In this document: piece by piece, positions 11,605 to 25,155 of the stretch
How positions within the stretch are numbered: the first letter of the stretch is position 1
Layout: every line of letters starts with the position of its first letter
Source: Octopus sinensis
Lineage: Eukaryota
Reading direction: 5' to 3'
Length of the DNA: 64,000 nt
NCBI RefSeq assembly: GCF_006345805.1
Contig: NC_043007.1
Location: forward strand, 26,288,001 to 26,352,000
Program-made: the position numbers and the translations under genes
The notes under the pieces: generated by a model
Databases searched by the model: none
The model's input: only the letters and a program-made list of their open reading frames with translations
Told to the model about the DNA's origin: nothing

Positions 11605-12500
11605 TTGATGTTTTGCCTGATGTTTTCTCTGATGTCGTGGAAGATGTGTTTTATGTTATGATGTAATTGGCTTTCGTGATGGTCTGTACGACATTTCCTT
11701 TGATGTTTGCACGATGTGGTCTATGATGTATTCTGAGATACTTTGTGCGACATCACATGCAATATCTTCAAAGACACCCTGTGGGATGTCTTGTATAATG
11801 CATATCTTCTGTACTGTCGTCTGTATTGTATCCTATGATACAATACATAATTTATACAATACATAATTAGTTTATAATTTCATATTCTATGACGTTATTT
11901 ACGATTTATTCTTTGGAGTCAAGTACGATGTTTTCTATCATGTATGTTGTCGTCTATAATGTACAATTTTTTTACAATGTATGATGTCTTCTGTACGACA
12001 TTTCCTTCTGTACTGTCATCTGTACTGTATCCCATGATGTCTTTTATAATTTCATATTCTATGACGTCATATACGACTTATTCTTTGACGTCCAGTACGA
12101 TGTTGTCTACCATTTGTGATGTCTTCTATGATATACAAATTTTTTTACAACGTATGATGTCTTCTGTGTTAACTTTTATTGTGTATCCTACATTGTCATC
12201 TATGTTATTTTCTATGATGTAGCATTCGTTATCTTCCATGATATCATGTACGATTTTTTCTATGACGCTATGTACGATATCTTCTATGATGCCTGTACGA
12301 TATTTTCCATGATGCGTGATTTCTTTTATGTATTACACGATGTCTTTCTTCTATGATGTCCTTTATGATGCATGCTACGATATTTTCTATGACGTCATGT
12401 AAAATGTCTTCTGTGACGTCTTGTACAATGTCATCCATGATAGCTTGTAAAATATGTGACACCACCTATGAAAGCCTTCCATGATAATGTATGATACCAC
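11605..12500. repeat. Decayed low-complexity tandem array with an internal ~120-bp duplication
   Basis: Recurrent TATGATGTC/TGTACGAT motifs at roughly 12-bp spacing; 11810-11940 resembles 12008-12115. Confidence 0.65.
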
Positions 12501-12949
12501 CTATGGTAGCGCCAAGAAGACGCTTTTTATACGTGTAAGCTTTGATGTTCCATTTTATCACTATCACTACCAAAATGAGCAAAGACGACAACAGCAACAA
12601 ATGTTACAGTAATCGTCTCACACGAGCGAGGAAGGATCAGTTATACCGTTGATCAACATGTAGCAAATAGCAGCCAAGCGTAAATCCGGTTTCATAATAC
12701 AAATAAGTACTGGGTCGAAACATTCGACTAAAACGTCTTCAAGGCGGTGCCCCAGCATGGCCGCAGCCTGATGACTGAAACAAGTAAAAGATAAAAGATT
12801 ACTATCTCAAAATGGGAACGATATATTAGATCATGTGGTCCTGAACAATAGATGGTATGGGCAAGGCTGGAACTTTGATCATAAATGTGCTTCATGGAGG
12901 ATAATCTGGAAATAAAGGACAAAAGACGGCATTGAGGATGCGTCCACGA

Positions 12950-13300
12950 TGTACAGAGGAGGGAAGAGAGACAGAGAGACAGACGGAGACAAACATACAG
13001 AGAGAGGTTGAGAAAGAGATGGAGAGACAGACATAAAGACAGTGAGAGAGAGCGAGAGAGGAGGAGAGGTAGAGATAAAGAAAGTGAGAGAGGGGTGAAG
13101 ATAGAGGGACAAGTTAACGGAAAGAGAAGAGAGAAAAGAGAGAGAGAGAGAGAGGTGGAATCATAGACAGGCAGAAAGAAAGAGAGTGAGAGAGGAGCAG
13201 AGACAGAGAGATAGAAAGAGGGACAGAGCGAAGGTGAAGGATAGAGAGGCAGGTAGTAAAAAGAAAGCGCAAACAGAGCGAATTGTGGAAAGACAGACCG

Positions 13301-13333
<33 letters not shown>

Positions 13334-13781
13334 AGAGAGAGAGAGATACGGATAAAGAAAGAGAGAGAAGATAGCCGAGAGAGAGGAGAGAGATACGGAT
13401 AGAGAGAGAGAGGGAGAAGAGAGCAGAGACAGAGAGATAGAAAGAGGGACAGAGCGAAGGTGAAGGATAGAGAGGCAGGTAGTAAAAAGAAAGCGCAAAC
13501 AGAGCGATATTTTGAATGTGGAAAGACAGACCGATAGATAGATAGAAGATAAGAAGAGAGAGAGAGAGAGAGAGAGATACGGATAAGAAAGAGAGAGAAG
13601 ATAGCCGAGAGAGAGGAGAGAGATACGGATAGAGAGAGAGAGGGAGAAGAGAGCAGAGACAGAGAGAGAAGAGAGCAGAGACAGAGAAGTAGAAAGAGAG
13701 GGGGAGAAGAAGGATAGAAGAACAGGTAAACGGAAAGAGAAAATTGAGAGAGATATGGAAAGACAGAAAGACAGGCAGAAA

Positions 13782-13812
<31 letters not shown>

Positions 13813-13960
13813 AGAGAGTGGAATAGGAGTAGGAGGAGCAGGAGGGGAGGAAGAGGAGGAAGAGGAGGGTAGGGGGAAGAGGAGGGTAGGGGGAAGAGGA
13901 GGAGGAGGAAGAAGAAGGAGAAGGAGAAGAGGAGAGGAGGAGGAGGGTGGTTAGAGACGG
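12950..13960. repeat. GA-rich purine tract containing a ~225-bp tandem duplication
   Basis: GACAGAGAGATAGAAAGAGGGACAGAGCGAAGGTGAAGG..CAGAGCGA at ~13202 and ~13427; AGATACGGATA..GATAGCCGAGAG block also duplicated. Confidence 0.85.
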
Positions 13961-14805
13961 AAAGGAAAAGATTGTGAGAGGTGCGTGAACAGACAGACAG
14001 ATGGAAACACAAATATATATATATATACATATACATACATATATATATATATATATATAAAGAGAAAGGTATTGGTTTACTGCTACTTCTGAAATATTAG
14101 ATAGACAACCGGATCTGCTTTAATAATTTTGTATATATTATTAGATATGTTGGCGTCGCAGATTAATTAATTAATTGGTTAATTACTCGCAGATAGGCTG
14201 GAAAACAAAAAAATTACATGGACAACGTTTTCTAAACATATTTAAACTGGTTAAACCACAGTGAATTCTCTGACGAACGGAGATGAACTAGTTTACTAAT
14301 TCACGTGCAGCGTTTAATTTACCTCTTATTAACAGAGAGAGAGAGGGGGGGGGAGAAGAAAGAGGAAAAGAGAGAGAGAGATAGAGAGAGAGAGAGAGGC
14401 AGAAAACCAGAAAGAGAGAGATGAATCGCGGGAGAGCAAAATGATTAACTGTAATTCATAGCATTTCTCATAAGTAGTACTGCAATAAACGCTCTGCCTT
14501 TCTTTTTGTTTCATTCTCTCTTTCTCTCTCTGTCTCTCTATCTCTCTCTATCTCTATCTCTCTCTCTTTCTCTATCTCTCTGTCTCCCTCTGTCTCCCTC
14601 TCTCTCTCTTTCTCTGTCTCCCTCTCTCTCTTTTTCTCTCTCTCCCTACCTCCCTCTCTCTCCTTCTCTCTCCGTCTCCATCTCTCTGCATACACTATAG
14701 AGTATAAATGTATATATATGTGTACATATATATATGTATGTTTGTATATCTGTATGTATATATATATATGTGTATATATATGCATATATATTTATGTATA
14801 AATAG

Positions 14806-14845
<40 letters not shown>

Positions 14846-14851
<6 letters not shown>

Positions 14852-15044
14852 GTAGTCCCGGGTTGATTCGGGGTTAACCACAGTAAATAAGGTACTCAAT
14901 ACATAGTAGAGTAAAATTAATTTATTATATAGAAGGAGCTTCTACAGGACTAGAACTGTTTCATTCAAGAGAAATCTTCAGGAGCTTCCTGAAGATTTCT
15001 CTTGAATGAAACAGTTCTAGTCCTGTAGAAGCTCCTTCTATATA

Positions 15045-15050
<6 letters not shown>
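14846..15050. mobile_element. Penelope-like pseudo-LTR relic forming a perfect 131-bp palindrome, inserted in (TA)n
   Basis: 64-bp arms 14920-14983 and 14987-15050, loop GCT; extra unique extension 14846-14919; related fragment at 45995-46055. Confidence 0.7.
14981..15035 (+). ncRNA. Type I hammerhead ribozyme motif
   Basis: GGAGCTTC-CTGAAGA-T.TTC(TCTT)GAA.T-GAAA-CAG(TTCTAGTC)CTG-TA-GAAGCTCC: 8-bp stem I, 3-bp stem III extension, GUA triplet; weak stem II with U.U at its base. Confidence 0.65.
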
Positions 15051-15101
<51 letters not shown>

Positions 15102-15104
<3 letters not shown>

Positions 15105-15630
15105 GGTGTTCCAAAAAGACTTACTCACTCTTTGACTTCCAGTAGTAGTCATGCATTTTGTGTTCAAGTAGATGTTTATTGATATACATACAATCCTAAA
15201 AAAAGTTAAATTAAATTCAGGAAAATAAATTGCTGTAGAAACGATTATTTATTGCCATTTAGAATTATTTAATGTTCTCTCTCATTCCTGCGTGTTCGCA
15301 AATGTTCAAACTGCCTTCCTTCATTTTCCAAACAAAGCTGATAACGTCCCACAATGGATTCGACAACATTGCCAAACATTTCATTTGGAATTGCAAGACA
15401 TTGTATTCGAATTTCATTTTTCAAATCATCAATTGTCACTGGTTTTGCAGCGTAAACCTTAACTTTGAGATGTCCCCATAAAAAAATAAAAAATCCGTTG
15501 GTTTAATGTCTGGGGAACTTGCAGAAAATGCAATGGTACCTCTCCTCCCAATACATTTGTTTGGATTTGTTACATCGAGGTAAGCTTGTACATCGTCTGT
15601 AAAAGAGTTAGTACATCTTTTTGGAACACC

Positions 15631-15633
<3 letters not shown>
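15102..15633 (-). mobile_element. Internally deleted Tc1/mariner DNA transposon (non-autonomous)
   Basis: TIRs CAGGGTGTTCCAAAAAGA / TCTTTTTGGAACACCCT, TA flanks; minus strand encodes decayed C-terminus CIGRRG..SSPDIKPTDFF/LWGHLKVKVYAAKPVTIDDLKNEIR..GRQFEHL (WPPRSPDL-type motif). Confidence 0.88.
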
Positions 15634-15675
<42 letters not shown>

Positions 15676-15814
15676 TGTGTGCATTTTCAGATTCACAAAA
15701 ATCAGAACTTAACTGCAGCTCTTGGTGGGCCAAATCGGAAATGCAATCTGTGTAGGTGTCTTTTCAGTACATTGTCTGGTTTAAAATGCCACATCACATG
15801 CCATAGTGGAACTA

Positions 15815-16405
15815 AGGCGCATGGCTCGCTGGTTATAGCGTCTGACTAACAATCATGAGTTCGATTCTCGGGTCGGGCAGAGGACACTTTATTTCCAGTT
15901 CACTCAGCTGTAGAAATGAGTTGCGACGTCAATGGTGCCAAGCTGTATCGGCCCCTTCGCCTTACCCTTGGGTAATATCGGTGGCGTGAAGAGGGGAGGC
16001 TGGTATGCATAGGGAACTGCTGGTCTTCCATAAGCAATCTTGGAGTGGAGGCACATGGCCTAGTGGTTAGAGCAGCGGACTTGCGGTCGAGGGATCGCGG
16101 GTTCGAATTTCCGACCAGGCGATGTGTGTTATAATGAGCGAAACACCTAAGATAATGGCGAACTTCTGCAGACTCTTTCGCCACAACTTTCTCTCACTCT
16201 TTCCTCCTGCATCTTGCAGCTCACAGACGGACCGGTATCCCGCCCAGGTGGGGAACCAATACGCCAGGATGAATCGGGAAACCGCCCTATGTGCCAGGCG
16301 TGGCTCGAGAAGGAACAGACATAAGCAATCTTGTCCGGACTTGTGCCTCGGAGGGGAACTTTCTAGGTGCAGTCCGTTGGTCATTCATGACCGAAGGTGG
16401 CCTTA
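15815..16405 (+). mobile_element. SINE family C copy split by a nested SINE
   Basis: Head AAGGCGCATGGCTCGCTGG, CAGCTGTAGAAATGAGTTGCGACGTC body; sequence resumes after 16333 with TCCGGACTTGTGCCTCGGAGGG. Confidence 0.85.
16043..16319 (+). mobile_element. tRNA-derived SINE (family A2) with 14-bp TSD
   Basis: TSD CATAAGCAATCTTG at 16029-16042 and 16320-16333; head and middle like family A, different 3' tail. Confidence 0.88.
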
Positions 16406-16438
16406 AACTTTTTCTTTCTTTTTTTTTTGTTATTTTTA

Positions 16439-16538
16439 NNNNNNNNNNNNNNNNNNNNNNNNNNNNNNNNNNNNNNNNNNNNNNNNNNNNNNNNNNNNNN
16501 NNNNNNNNNNNNNNNNNNNNNNNNNNNNNNNNNNNNNN
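16439..16538. other. Assembly gap (100 N)
   Basis: Run of N. Confidence 1.
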
Positions 16539-16832
16539 AAGAAGATCAGCTCTGAAGTGATAATCTAATTATTAGGAACTGCAAGAGAAGACACACAACC
16601 TGAGCATGGCTAGGGCTGACTATCGCAAAGCATACGATATGATACCATACTCCTGGATAATGTGAACAAAGAAAATGTATGGAGCAGCAGAGGATATGAG
16701 AAGCCTAATACGGAATAGTATAGAATGTAGGAGGACGGAATTGACAGCAGGGAAGTAAGTACTAGGAGAGGTAAAAATCAAGAGAGGAATCTTCCAGGGA
16801 GACTGTGTGTCCCCACTGATATTTGTGTTGGG

Positions 16833-17058
16833 CGAGCTGGCAGAATCGTTAGCACGCCGGGCGAAATGCGTAGGCGTATTTCGTCTGCCGTTACGTTCTG
16901 AGTTCAAATTCCGCCGAGGTCGACTTTGCCTTTCATCCTTTCGGGGTCGATAAATTAAGTACCAGTTACGCACTGGGGTCGATATAATCGACTTAATCCG
17001 TTTGTCTGTCCTTGTTTGTCCTCTCTCTGTTTAGCCCCTTGTGGGTAGTAAAGAAATA
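16833..17058 (+). mobile_element. Full-length SINE family B with 15-bp TSD inside the Dong/R4 relic
   Basis: TSD GATATTTGTGTTGGG at 16818-16832 and 17059-17073. Confidence 0.92.
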
Positions 17059-17280
17059 GATATTTGTGTTGGGAATGATACCCTTGAGTGAAATACTACA
17101 AACAACTAAGTTGGTGTATGACCTGGGATGAGGTAAGGGAAAACTAAACCACTTGATATTTATGAACAAGCTGAAGCTATTCACAAAAACTTAGGCAGAA
17201 CTGGTCAGCCTAGTCCAGTCTGTGCAGATTTTCTCCAATGATATTAAGAGGGATTTGGGGCTGTCAAAATGTTCTACGAT

Positions 17281-17667
17281 GAATGGAAGCACTCCGTCGG
17301 TTACGACGACGAGGGTTCCGGTTGATCCGATCAACGGAACAGCCTGCTCGTGAAATTAACGTGTAAGTGGCTGAGCACTCCACAGACACGTGTACCCTTA
17401 ACGTAGTTCTCGGGGAGATTCAGCGTGACGCAGAGAGTGGCAAGGCCGGCCCTTTGAAATACAGGTACAACAGAAAGAGGAAGTAAGAATGAGAGAAAGT
17501 TGTGGTGAAAGAGTACAGCAGGGATCACCACCATCCCTGCCGGAGCCTCGTGGAGCTTTTAGGTGTTTTCGCTCAATAAACACTCACAACGCCCGGTCTG
17601 GGAATCGAAACCGCGATCCTACGACCGCGAGTCCGCTGCCCTAACCACTGGGCCATTGCGCCTCCAC
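17281..17667 (-). mobile_element. Full-length SINE family A with 10-bp TSD inside the Dong/R4 relic
   Basis: TSD GTTCTACGAT at 17271-17280 and 17668-17677. Confidence 0.93.
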
Positions 17668-18289
17668 GTTCTACGATAGTGACGAGAATACGAAAGCTTG
17701 CCAGGACAGAAGGCATATGGTTGCCAAGTGGTGAAATGATGAAAGTAATTCAACCTCAGTCCAGCTATAAATACCAACGAACACTTGAGGCAGACGGAAT
17801 CAAACACCATGACATGAAAGGAAAAAACAAAAAGAGAGTACCTGCGGCGAGTGAGAAAAGTATTGGCGTGAAATCTAAATGCCAGATACGTAATTCCGGC
17901 GATAAACGCGCGCACAGTGGCAGTAATTCGGTATGTCACTGGAATCCAGAAGTGAACAGAGGAGGAGATATAGGAGATGGACAGGAAGTCAAGAAAGCTC
18001 CTAACGATGCATGGAGTCCGCCGTTCACGTGCACACACTGATCGCCTACACATGAAGAGAGCAAATGGGGGAAAGGGGACTGATAAGTGTGGAAAACTGC
18101 ATGCATATCGAACAAGAGAGTTTAATGAGATACCTAGCACGAAGTAAGGGAACCTTGCTAGTGACAGTTAGGAAAGAGAAATTTGTGCAAAATGAGAAAT
18201 CTGTGAGACCTCTGACAAAAGGCTGCTGTCTACTCTCACAGAATCAACCAGAGCAAACAGAACCGCGCCCGAGCATTCTGAGAAGTAAA

Positions 18290-18805
<516 letters not shown>

Positions 18806-19369
18806 GACTTTTAACATTATCGGGTTTTGGATAAGTGCGGTGTTCTCGATTAAATCTATCTCAGTACTTCTCTAGTACTTTATTTCATTTAATCTACCTC
18901 CTAATGGTCGAAAGTCTAAAGTGAGCCATTATATTATTTGAACTCAGAGACACAACTTATACGTATTATACATTCATTTCTCTACAGATTTTTTCCAATC
19001 TACAACTGTTTGGTTACTCCCCTGAGGGTACATTCGGCAATTACACCGCTGGATGTAATGGTACAGTACAATTATTTTAACATGAAGTTTTATCAGAGAT
19101 TGTATTTTCGCTGTAAAATCGATTAAAAGGACATGATGACTGGATCCTGAAGTTAGATATAGAAAAAAAGATCAGTGTGGATATCTATCTACTCCTTCAT
19201 GAACATACAGGCACTCCTACATACACACACACACACACTCACATACACACACGGGCATACACACACGCACACATACACTTATATCTATTTATCTATCTGT
19301 TTATATACATATATATATATATATATCATATATATCTAATATATATATATATAATATATGCATGTATAT

Positions 19370-19510
<141 letters not shown>

Positions 19511-19634
19511 TATGTATACATATATATACATGTGTACATCCTTGCAATACATGCAGCAATTATTAGTATTCAGTATATGTATATGTATATATATATATAT
19601 ATGTGTGTGTGGTGTGTGTGTGTGTGTGTGTGTG

Positions 19635-19668
<34 letters not shown>

Positions 19669-19859
19669 GTGTGTATGTATATCTATGTATGTATGTATGC
19701 ATGTGCGTGTATGTATGTGTGTGTTTGTGTATATATATATATATATGCATGTTTATACGTATATATGTATGCAAACTTATATGTATGCATATTATATACA
19801 CATACGCATTATCAGTATGTTTATTATGTGCATACACCCATGGCAAATACACATTTATA

Positions 19860-20230
19860 ACAGAGCCGCCGGATAAAACAGCTATTAAAGTCACAATCGA
19901 TATCAAGATGGCCGAGTGTTTAGCTCGTCGCTGCGCTGCGCCATGCCCAGGCGGGGATGGTGAGGTGGGGCGAGGCTGGGGTGGATTGAGCTAGAGACTG
20001 AGCGTACGGGTGTGGACTGGATGATAGAGGAATATATACTTGATACACTCAGAAGATTGGGCTGTCAAATCAAACATGGCGGGTAACTAAATATGGTGGC
20101 CGCAAAGAAGAAACGCGCGAAAATATGGAGAGACTGCAGAAGCTGAAGAAGCGACGAACGCTTTTTTTCCAGTCTATCGGCTAAGTAATTAACAGAACAA
20201 ACGGCATTCCCTCATTCGCCATTACTATCG
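19860..20230. promoter_or_regulatory. Putative CpG-rich regulatory or promoter-like island
   Basis: Non-repetitive, CpG-rich; YY1-like motifs CAAGATGGCCG and AAACATGGCGG, reverse CCAAT (ATTGG); motif-only evidence. Confidence 0.3.
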
Positions 20231-20666
20231 TTACCACTACTATCACGGCAGATATTTCTAGCACTACCCCTTCATATTTCCATTCCCGTTTTTATATATT
20301 TATTTAGTTTTATTTTATTATATTATTATACGTATTGTATTGTATTTCTTTATTTATTGTTATTGTCTTTTTCTTATTTTTTTTGTGAGTTGTATTTGTT
20401 TCTTCTTTCCCCACTGTCTCTGCAGTTTTGGAGGCAGAAAATAATTATGATGCTTCAGACACTGATTATAGAGTGCCAGCCGTTGCTAGCACGTTTCGAA
20501 CGCCGAGCGATAACTCAATTAGACCAACTTCCGGCCAAATCCTGGAATAATGCTCTGGATTGTTAAAACTCAAAGACAATAACAATAACAAAGAATATAA
20601 AAACGAAGAATACAACAACTATAACAACAATAGCAATTTACAACAACAAAAATTTGTAATAGTAGC

Positions 20667-20704
<38 letters not shown>

Positions 20705-20721
20705 TGATGATGATGATGATG

Positions 20722-20772
<51 letters not shown>

Positions 20773-22914
20773 TAATAATAATGGGGAAGAGAACTACAGC
20801 AACAACAGCAACACTAATGCGGTGGGGAAATAGTATAAAAAGAAGAGGCGTTACGAAATGGAATACAAAATCAATGGTAATATTGTGAGTAAGGTAAAGG
20901 GGTAGGGGTAGGGGTGGGTGGGAAATGGTTGTATGGTTGAATGGCATTTTTGTTGTGAGAGTACTCACTGGATTCTTTGAATAATCTATTTGCTAACCCT
21001 TTCGCTGTTCGATCATCTGAAAGCTGTTATATTAGATTAAGCTAATGACCCCGCCATTGACAATGAAAAACAAAAGCAGTAAAAAAATGGAGGAATATGA
21101 AAGAAGAAAAGAAAAACAGAATTACAAAAAAAAATAATTAAAATATATAAAAAAAAACAATAGAATAATGATAGGAAAGTAGCGGATACGAACCTGAATA
21201 TTATTTGCTTTTTACAAACGTATTGTTTGAATTTCATATATAATACTTCAGATTTCGATAAGTTATGTTGATGATCAGAATGAGATTCGATTTTACGGTT
21301 ATGTTTAACATTTTTATTATAACTAATATCATTTCTCATATAATTATCATTACCGTTATTATTGGAGGACAGAAAATTCGAAAAGTTAGCGGATTATCAA
21401 AAATGGTAGAAAACAATATAGACATACATACGTGAGTATATGCATACATACGCACATTCGCGTTCGACTGGTAGCATTTGCATGTGCAAGTTGTCTTCAA
21501 AACGCGGCAGGAGGTGCAGATGAGGGTAGCTGCATCAAAATCTCTCATGCACCAAATGTCAATTGCTAAAACGCATTCGTGAAGTAAAATCATGTAGTGA
21601 CACCAAATGGCGGTGCACCAGCATGGCCACTGCGCGTGAGCTGAAACTAGATGAAATACAAAAAGATAAATACATACATACACACATAAACACACACACA
21701 CATACATATATATTCATACATACATACGTACGTACGTATAAGCATATTTATTCCAGTACTTTTAATAACTTATTCACTCCACTTACTATTGAAACGATCG
21801 TAACCAGAACGAAATATGATACCAATCAATGTCTTCACTCTTTTATTAGTTTCACACACACGTGTACGCGAACCCCCCACCCACCCCACACACACACACA
21901 TACACATACATATGTGTATGTGTAGTTTTGTGGTATAGAAGACGCTCACTTCATCAGATGATAGGAATGACTGTCGAGAGTGTTGAGAGTTTAAAAGAAA
22001 AAGAACTGTTGTCGCTTTATTATCATTACAAGCATGTGATCTGGATTAGCCATTAGAAGCCGAAGCATCTAGAAGCCATTTATAATTTCTTTTACACTCT
22101 TTAATATTTGTACAATTAAATTACTTCGCACCACATTCTGAATTTCAGCACCGCATAAGACGATTTCTCCTTTCATCCCTCCAGGGTAGATAAAATAAAA
22201 TACCTGTCATGTATTGGGTTCGGTGATATAGACTAAACCCCACTCTCATGATTACAGGCTTTGTGCTCTTATCGTCATCAACTCATCAACATCATCATAA
22301 TATATACAATGTAAAAGAGAACGGAGGGGGGGGGGCGAGAAAAAAGGAGACATGTAGGGACTGTTTATAAACGTGAGCGGAAAAAAAGAGGAAATGTAGC
22401 CACTGTTTCTAAACATGAACGAAATGGTTACGGTAAAGTACCTCAAGGGAGTTTTCTGCCTATTAAACAAAAATACGGTTATATTACGCCAAAATTTCAA
22501 TTAAATAGAAATATCACCACTTCGTTGTCTTTAGATTTTAAACACTCCTTGAGGGAGTTTTTGTTTACTAATTGCTTTGATAATCTCAATTAGACGAAGT
22601 TTTTCAACTGACTATATTACATTTCTAAGACCCTACGGTATACATCTATTTATACACCGTTTTTTGGTGTGTTTTTTTTTCAAATCCCATCGGAAACTAC
22701 TTTGCTTTTCATCCGCCTTGAAGTGATATTAATTACCACTCAAAAGGGGTTGATTCAATGGACCCTTTTATGGTGCTTGTTGTCACTCCTGGTGGGGTGG
22801 GTTTTGAACACAAAGTCGGCCACGCAGCGATTTGAAATGGAAAATGCTAAGTGATGTCGTAATTTTACCGAGCCGTGTCCTAAAACTTATTACCTCGTTT
22901 AAATATTACTTTCA

Positions 22915-23300
22915 AATTCTGCACAAGCCGGCAATTTGGGGAGAGCCTTAAGTCAATTACTTTGATCCCAGTACTTGATTGTTACTTACTTTATCGACCC
23001 CGAAAGGATGAAAGGCAAAGTCGACCTCAGCGGAATTTGAACTCAGAACGTAGCGGCAGACAAAATGCCTATTTCTTTACTACCCACAAGGGGTTAAACA
23101 CAGAGGGGACAAACAAGGACAAACAAACGGATTAAGTCGATTACATCGACCCCAATGCGTAACTAGTACTTAATTTATCGACCCCGAAAGGATGAAAGGC
23201 AAAGTCGACCTCGGCAGAATTTGAACTCAGAACGTAACGGCAGACGAAATACCGCTAAGCGTTTTGCCCGACGCGCTAACGATTCCGCTAGATCACCGCT
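22915..23300 (-). mobile_element. SINE family B head plus two tandem bodies
   Basis: GGATGAAAGGCAAAGTCGACCTC twice; junction ..GCAGACAAAATGC|CTATTTCTTTACTACC. Confidence 0.85.
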
Positions 23301-23399
23301 TTTACCTTGTTCTGATATTGGTTTCAAATTCTTGCATGCGGCCAGCAATTTCGGTAAAGGGCTTAAATGGTACTTATTCTATCGACCCTGAGAAGATAA

Positions 23400-24105
23400 T
23401 AATAATAATAAGATGATAATAATGAAATTATTGTATACAGTGCTCAGGTGCACCACAACTTGTCAGAGTATATGCTTGTGTGTGTATTGGGGGGGGGGGA
23501 GAAAATCAGGTTTAGTGTTGGCGAATCTCAGAAAGCATGGAAGTTTTGAAGGATGCAGTGCTCCGGCAACTAACAACTGATGCCGGCAGTTTGTTCCATG
23601 CTTCAGCAACTCTCAGCGTGAAAAAATGTTTCCTGAAGTCATGGGAGCTGTGCTGTTTTCTGACTTTGTAAATATGTCCACGGGTGTTAGATGGGTGGAG
23701 TTTGAAAAGGTGCTCAGAGTTATTGTTTGTACGATGGTTGATAATTTTATGAGTGTCTGCCAAGTCAGCTGCCAGACGTCAGAGTTTCAATGTGTCCATG
23801 CCCAGGGAAGTAAGGCGCTCAGGATATGGCAAATGCCTGATGGAGGGTATTCTTTTGGTTGCACGTCGCTGAACGGCTTCCAGACGATTGATATCCTGGG
23901 CAAGATAGGGGTTCCAGACCGGTGATGCAAATTCCAGGTGAGGTCTTACCATAGGTATATAAAGCCGCAGATAGATAATCGGAGAGCGGTTCACAAAGGA
24001 TTTGGTGAGTGATGCCAAGACACCCTCAGCCTTCTTAACAATTTTAGCGATGTGTTTTGTCCAACGTAAATCACTGTCGACAATAACACCCAGGTCACGT
24101 TCACA
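23400..24105 (-). mobile_element. 5'-truncated CR1-like LINE (ORF2 C-terminus, 3' UTR, (TTA)n tail)
   Basis: ERDLGVIVDSDLRWTKHI..VRPHLEFASPVWNPYL..LEAVQRRATK and TRGHIYKV..RKHFFTLRVAEAWNKLP are typical CR1-clade C-terminal motifs. Confidence 0.92.
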
Positions 24106-24340
24106 TGAAAGATGAAAGGCATAGTCGACTTCTGCGGAATTTGAACTCAGAACATCATTTTTGCAACGGATAAAATGCTCACAGGAATTCCCTCCGTCGC
24201 TGCGTTCTGAGTTCAGATACAACAGAGGACGACTTTGCCTTTCATCCTTTCGGAGTTGATAAAATGAGTGCCAGTTGAACACTGCGTTCGATATAATCGG
24301 CATATCTCTTCCCCTAATATTCCTGGCCTTGTCTCAAAAT
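24105..24340. mobile_element. Two degenerate SINE-B fragments in opposite orientation
   Basis: GATGAAAGGCATAGTCGAC (minus) and GACTTTGCCTTTCATCCTTTCGGAG (plus). Confidence 0.7.
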
Positions 24341-24853
24341 CTTAAATCATTATTTAACTGGTAACGTGGGAGACTTATTTACGTATTGCTTAATGCTCTT
24401 AGGGAAACCTCAAAAACATGACTGAGGTTTTCAGTACGTTATATTAAGACTCCACTTATGCTTGCTACTTGAGTCAGTATTATTATTTTGGTAAGTGATC
24501 GGTCGAGCTATTTCAGAGTGCACATTTTTTTAACCCACACAAGCAAATTTTCTATATTTGGCGCGATGTTTGCTTGTTAACATTTCGGTTCCAAATTGCT
24601 TTCCATTTCTGTTTCAGAAGCTTGTTTTACATCTGCCTGACTTAGGATTCAGTCCCACTAGCCGTTAATTTGGGCAAATGTCTTCTACTATAGCGTTTGG
24701 CCGACCAATGCCTTGTGAATCGATTTTCATGAGAGAAACTTTATAAATATCTATTTATCTGTGATTTATGAATGTATGTATATACGTATGTATGTAGTGT
24801 GTGTATGTATGTATGTATGTATGTATGTATGTATGTATGTATCTATCTATCTA

Positions 24854-24928
<75 letters not shown>

Positions 24929-24940
24929 AATATATATTAT

Positions 24941-24979
<39 letters not shown>

Positions 24980-25107
24980 CATATATATATATACATATAT
25001 ATAATACATAAATATATGTATGTATGTGTATGTATTATGTATGTATGCATATATATATGTGTGTGTGTATATACATACATATATATAATACACACACATA
25101 CCCCACT

Positions 25108-25141
<34 letters not shown>

Positions 25142-25155
25142 ATATATATGGGCAC

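Noticed and set aside
16420-16545. Apparent junction between SINE-C and the Dong/R4 relic
   Set aside because: Separated by a 100-N gap of unknown true size, so adjacency cannot be interpreted
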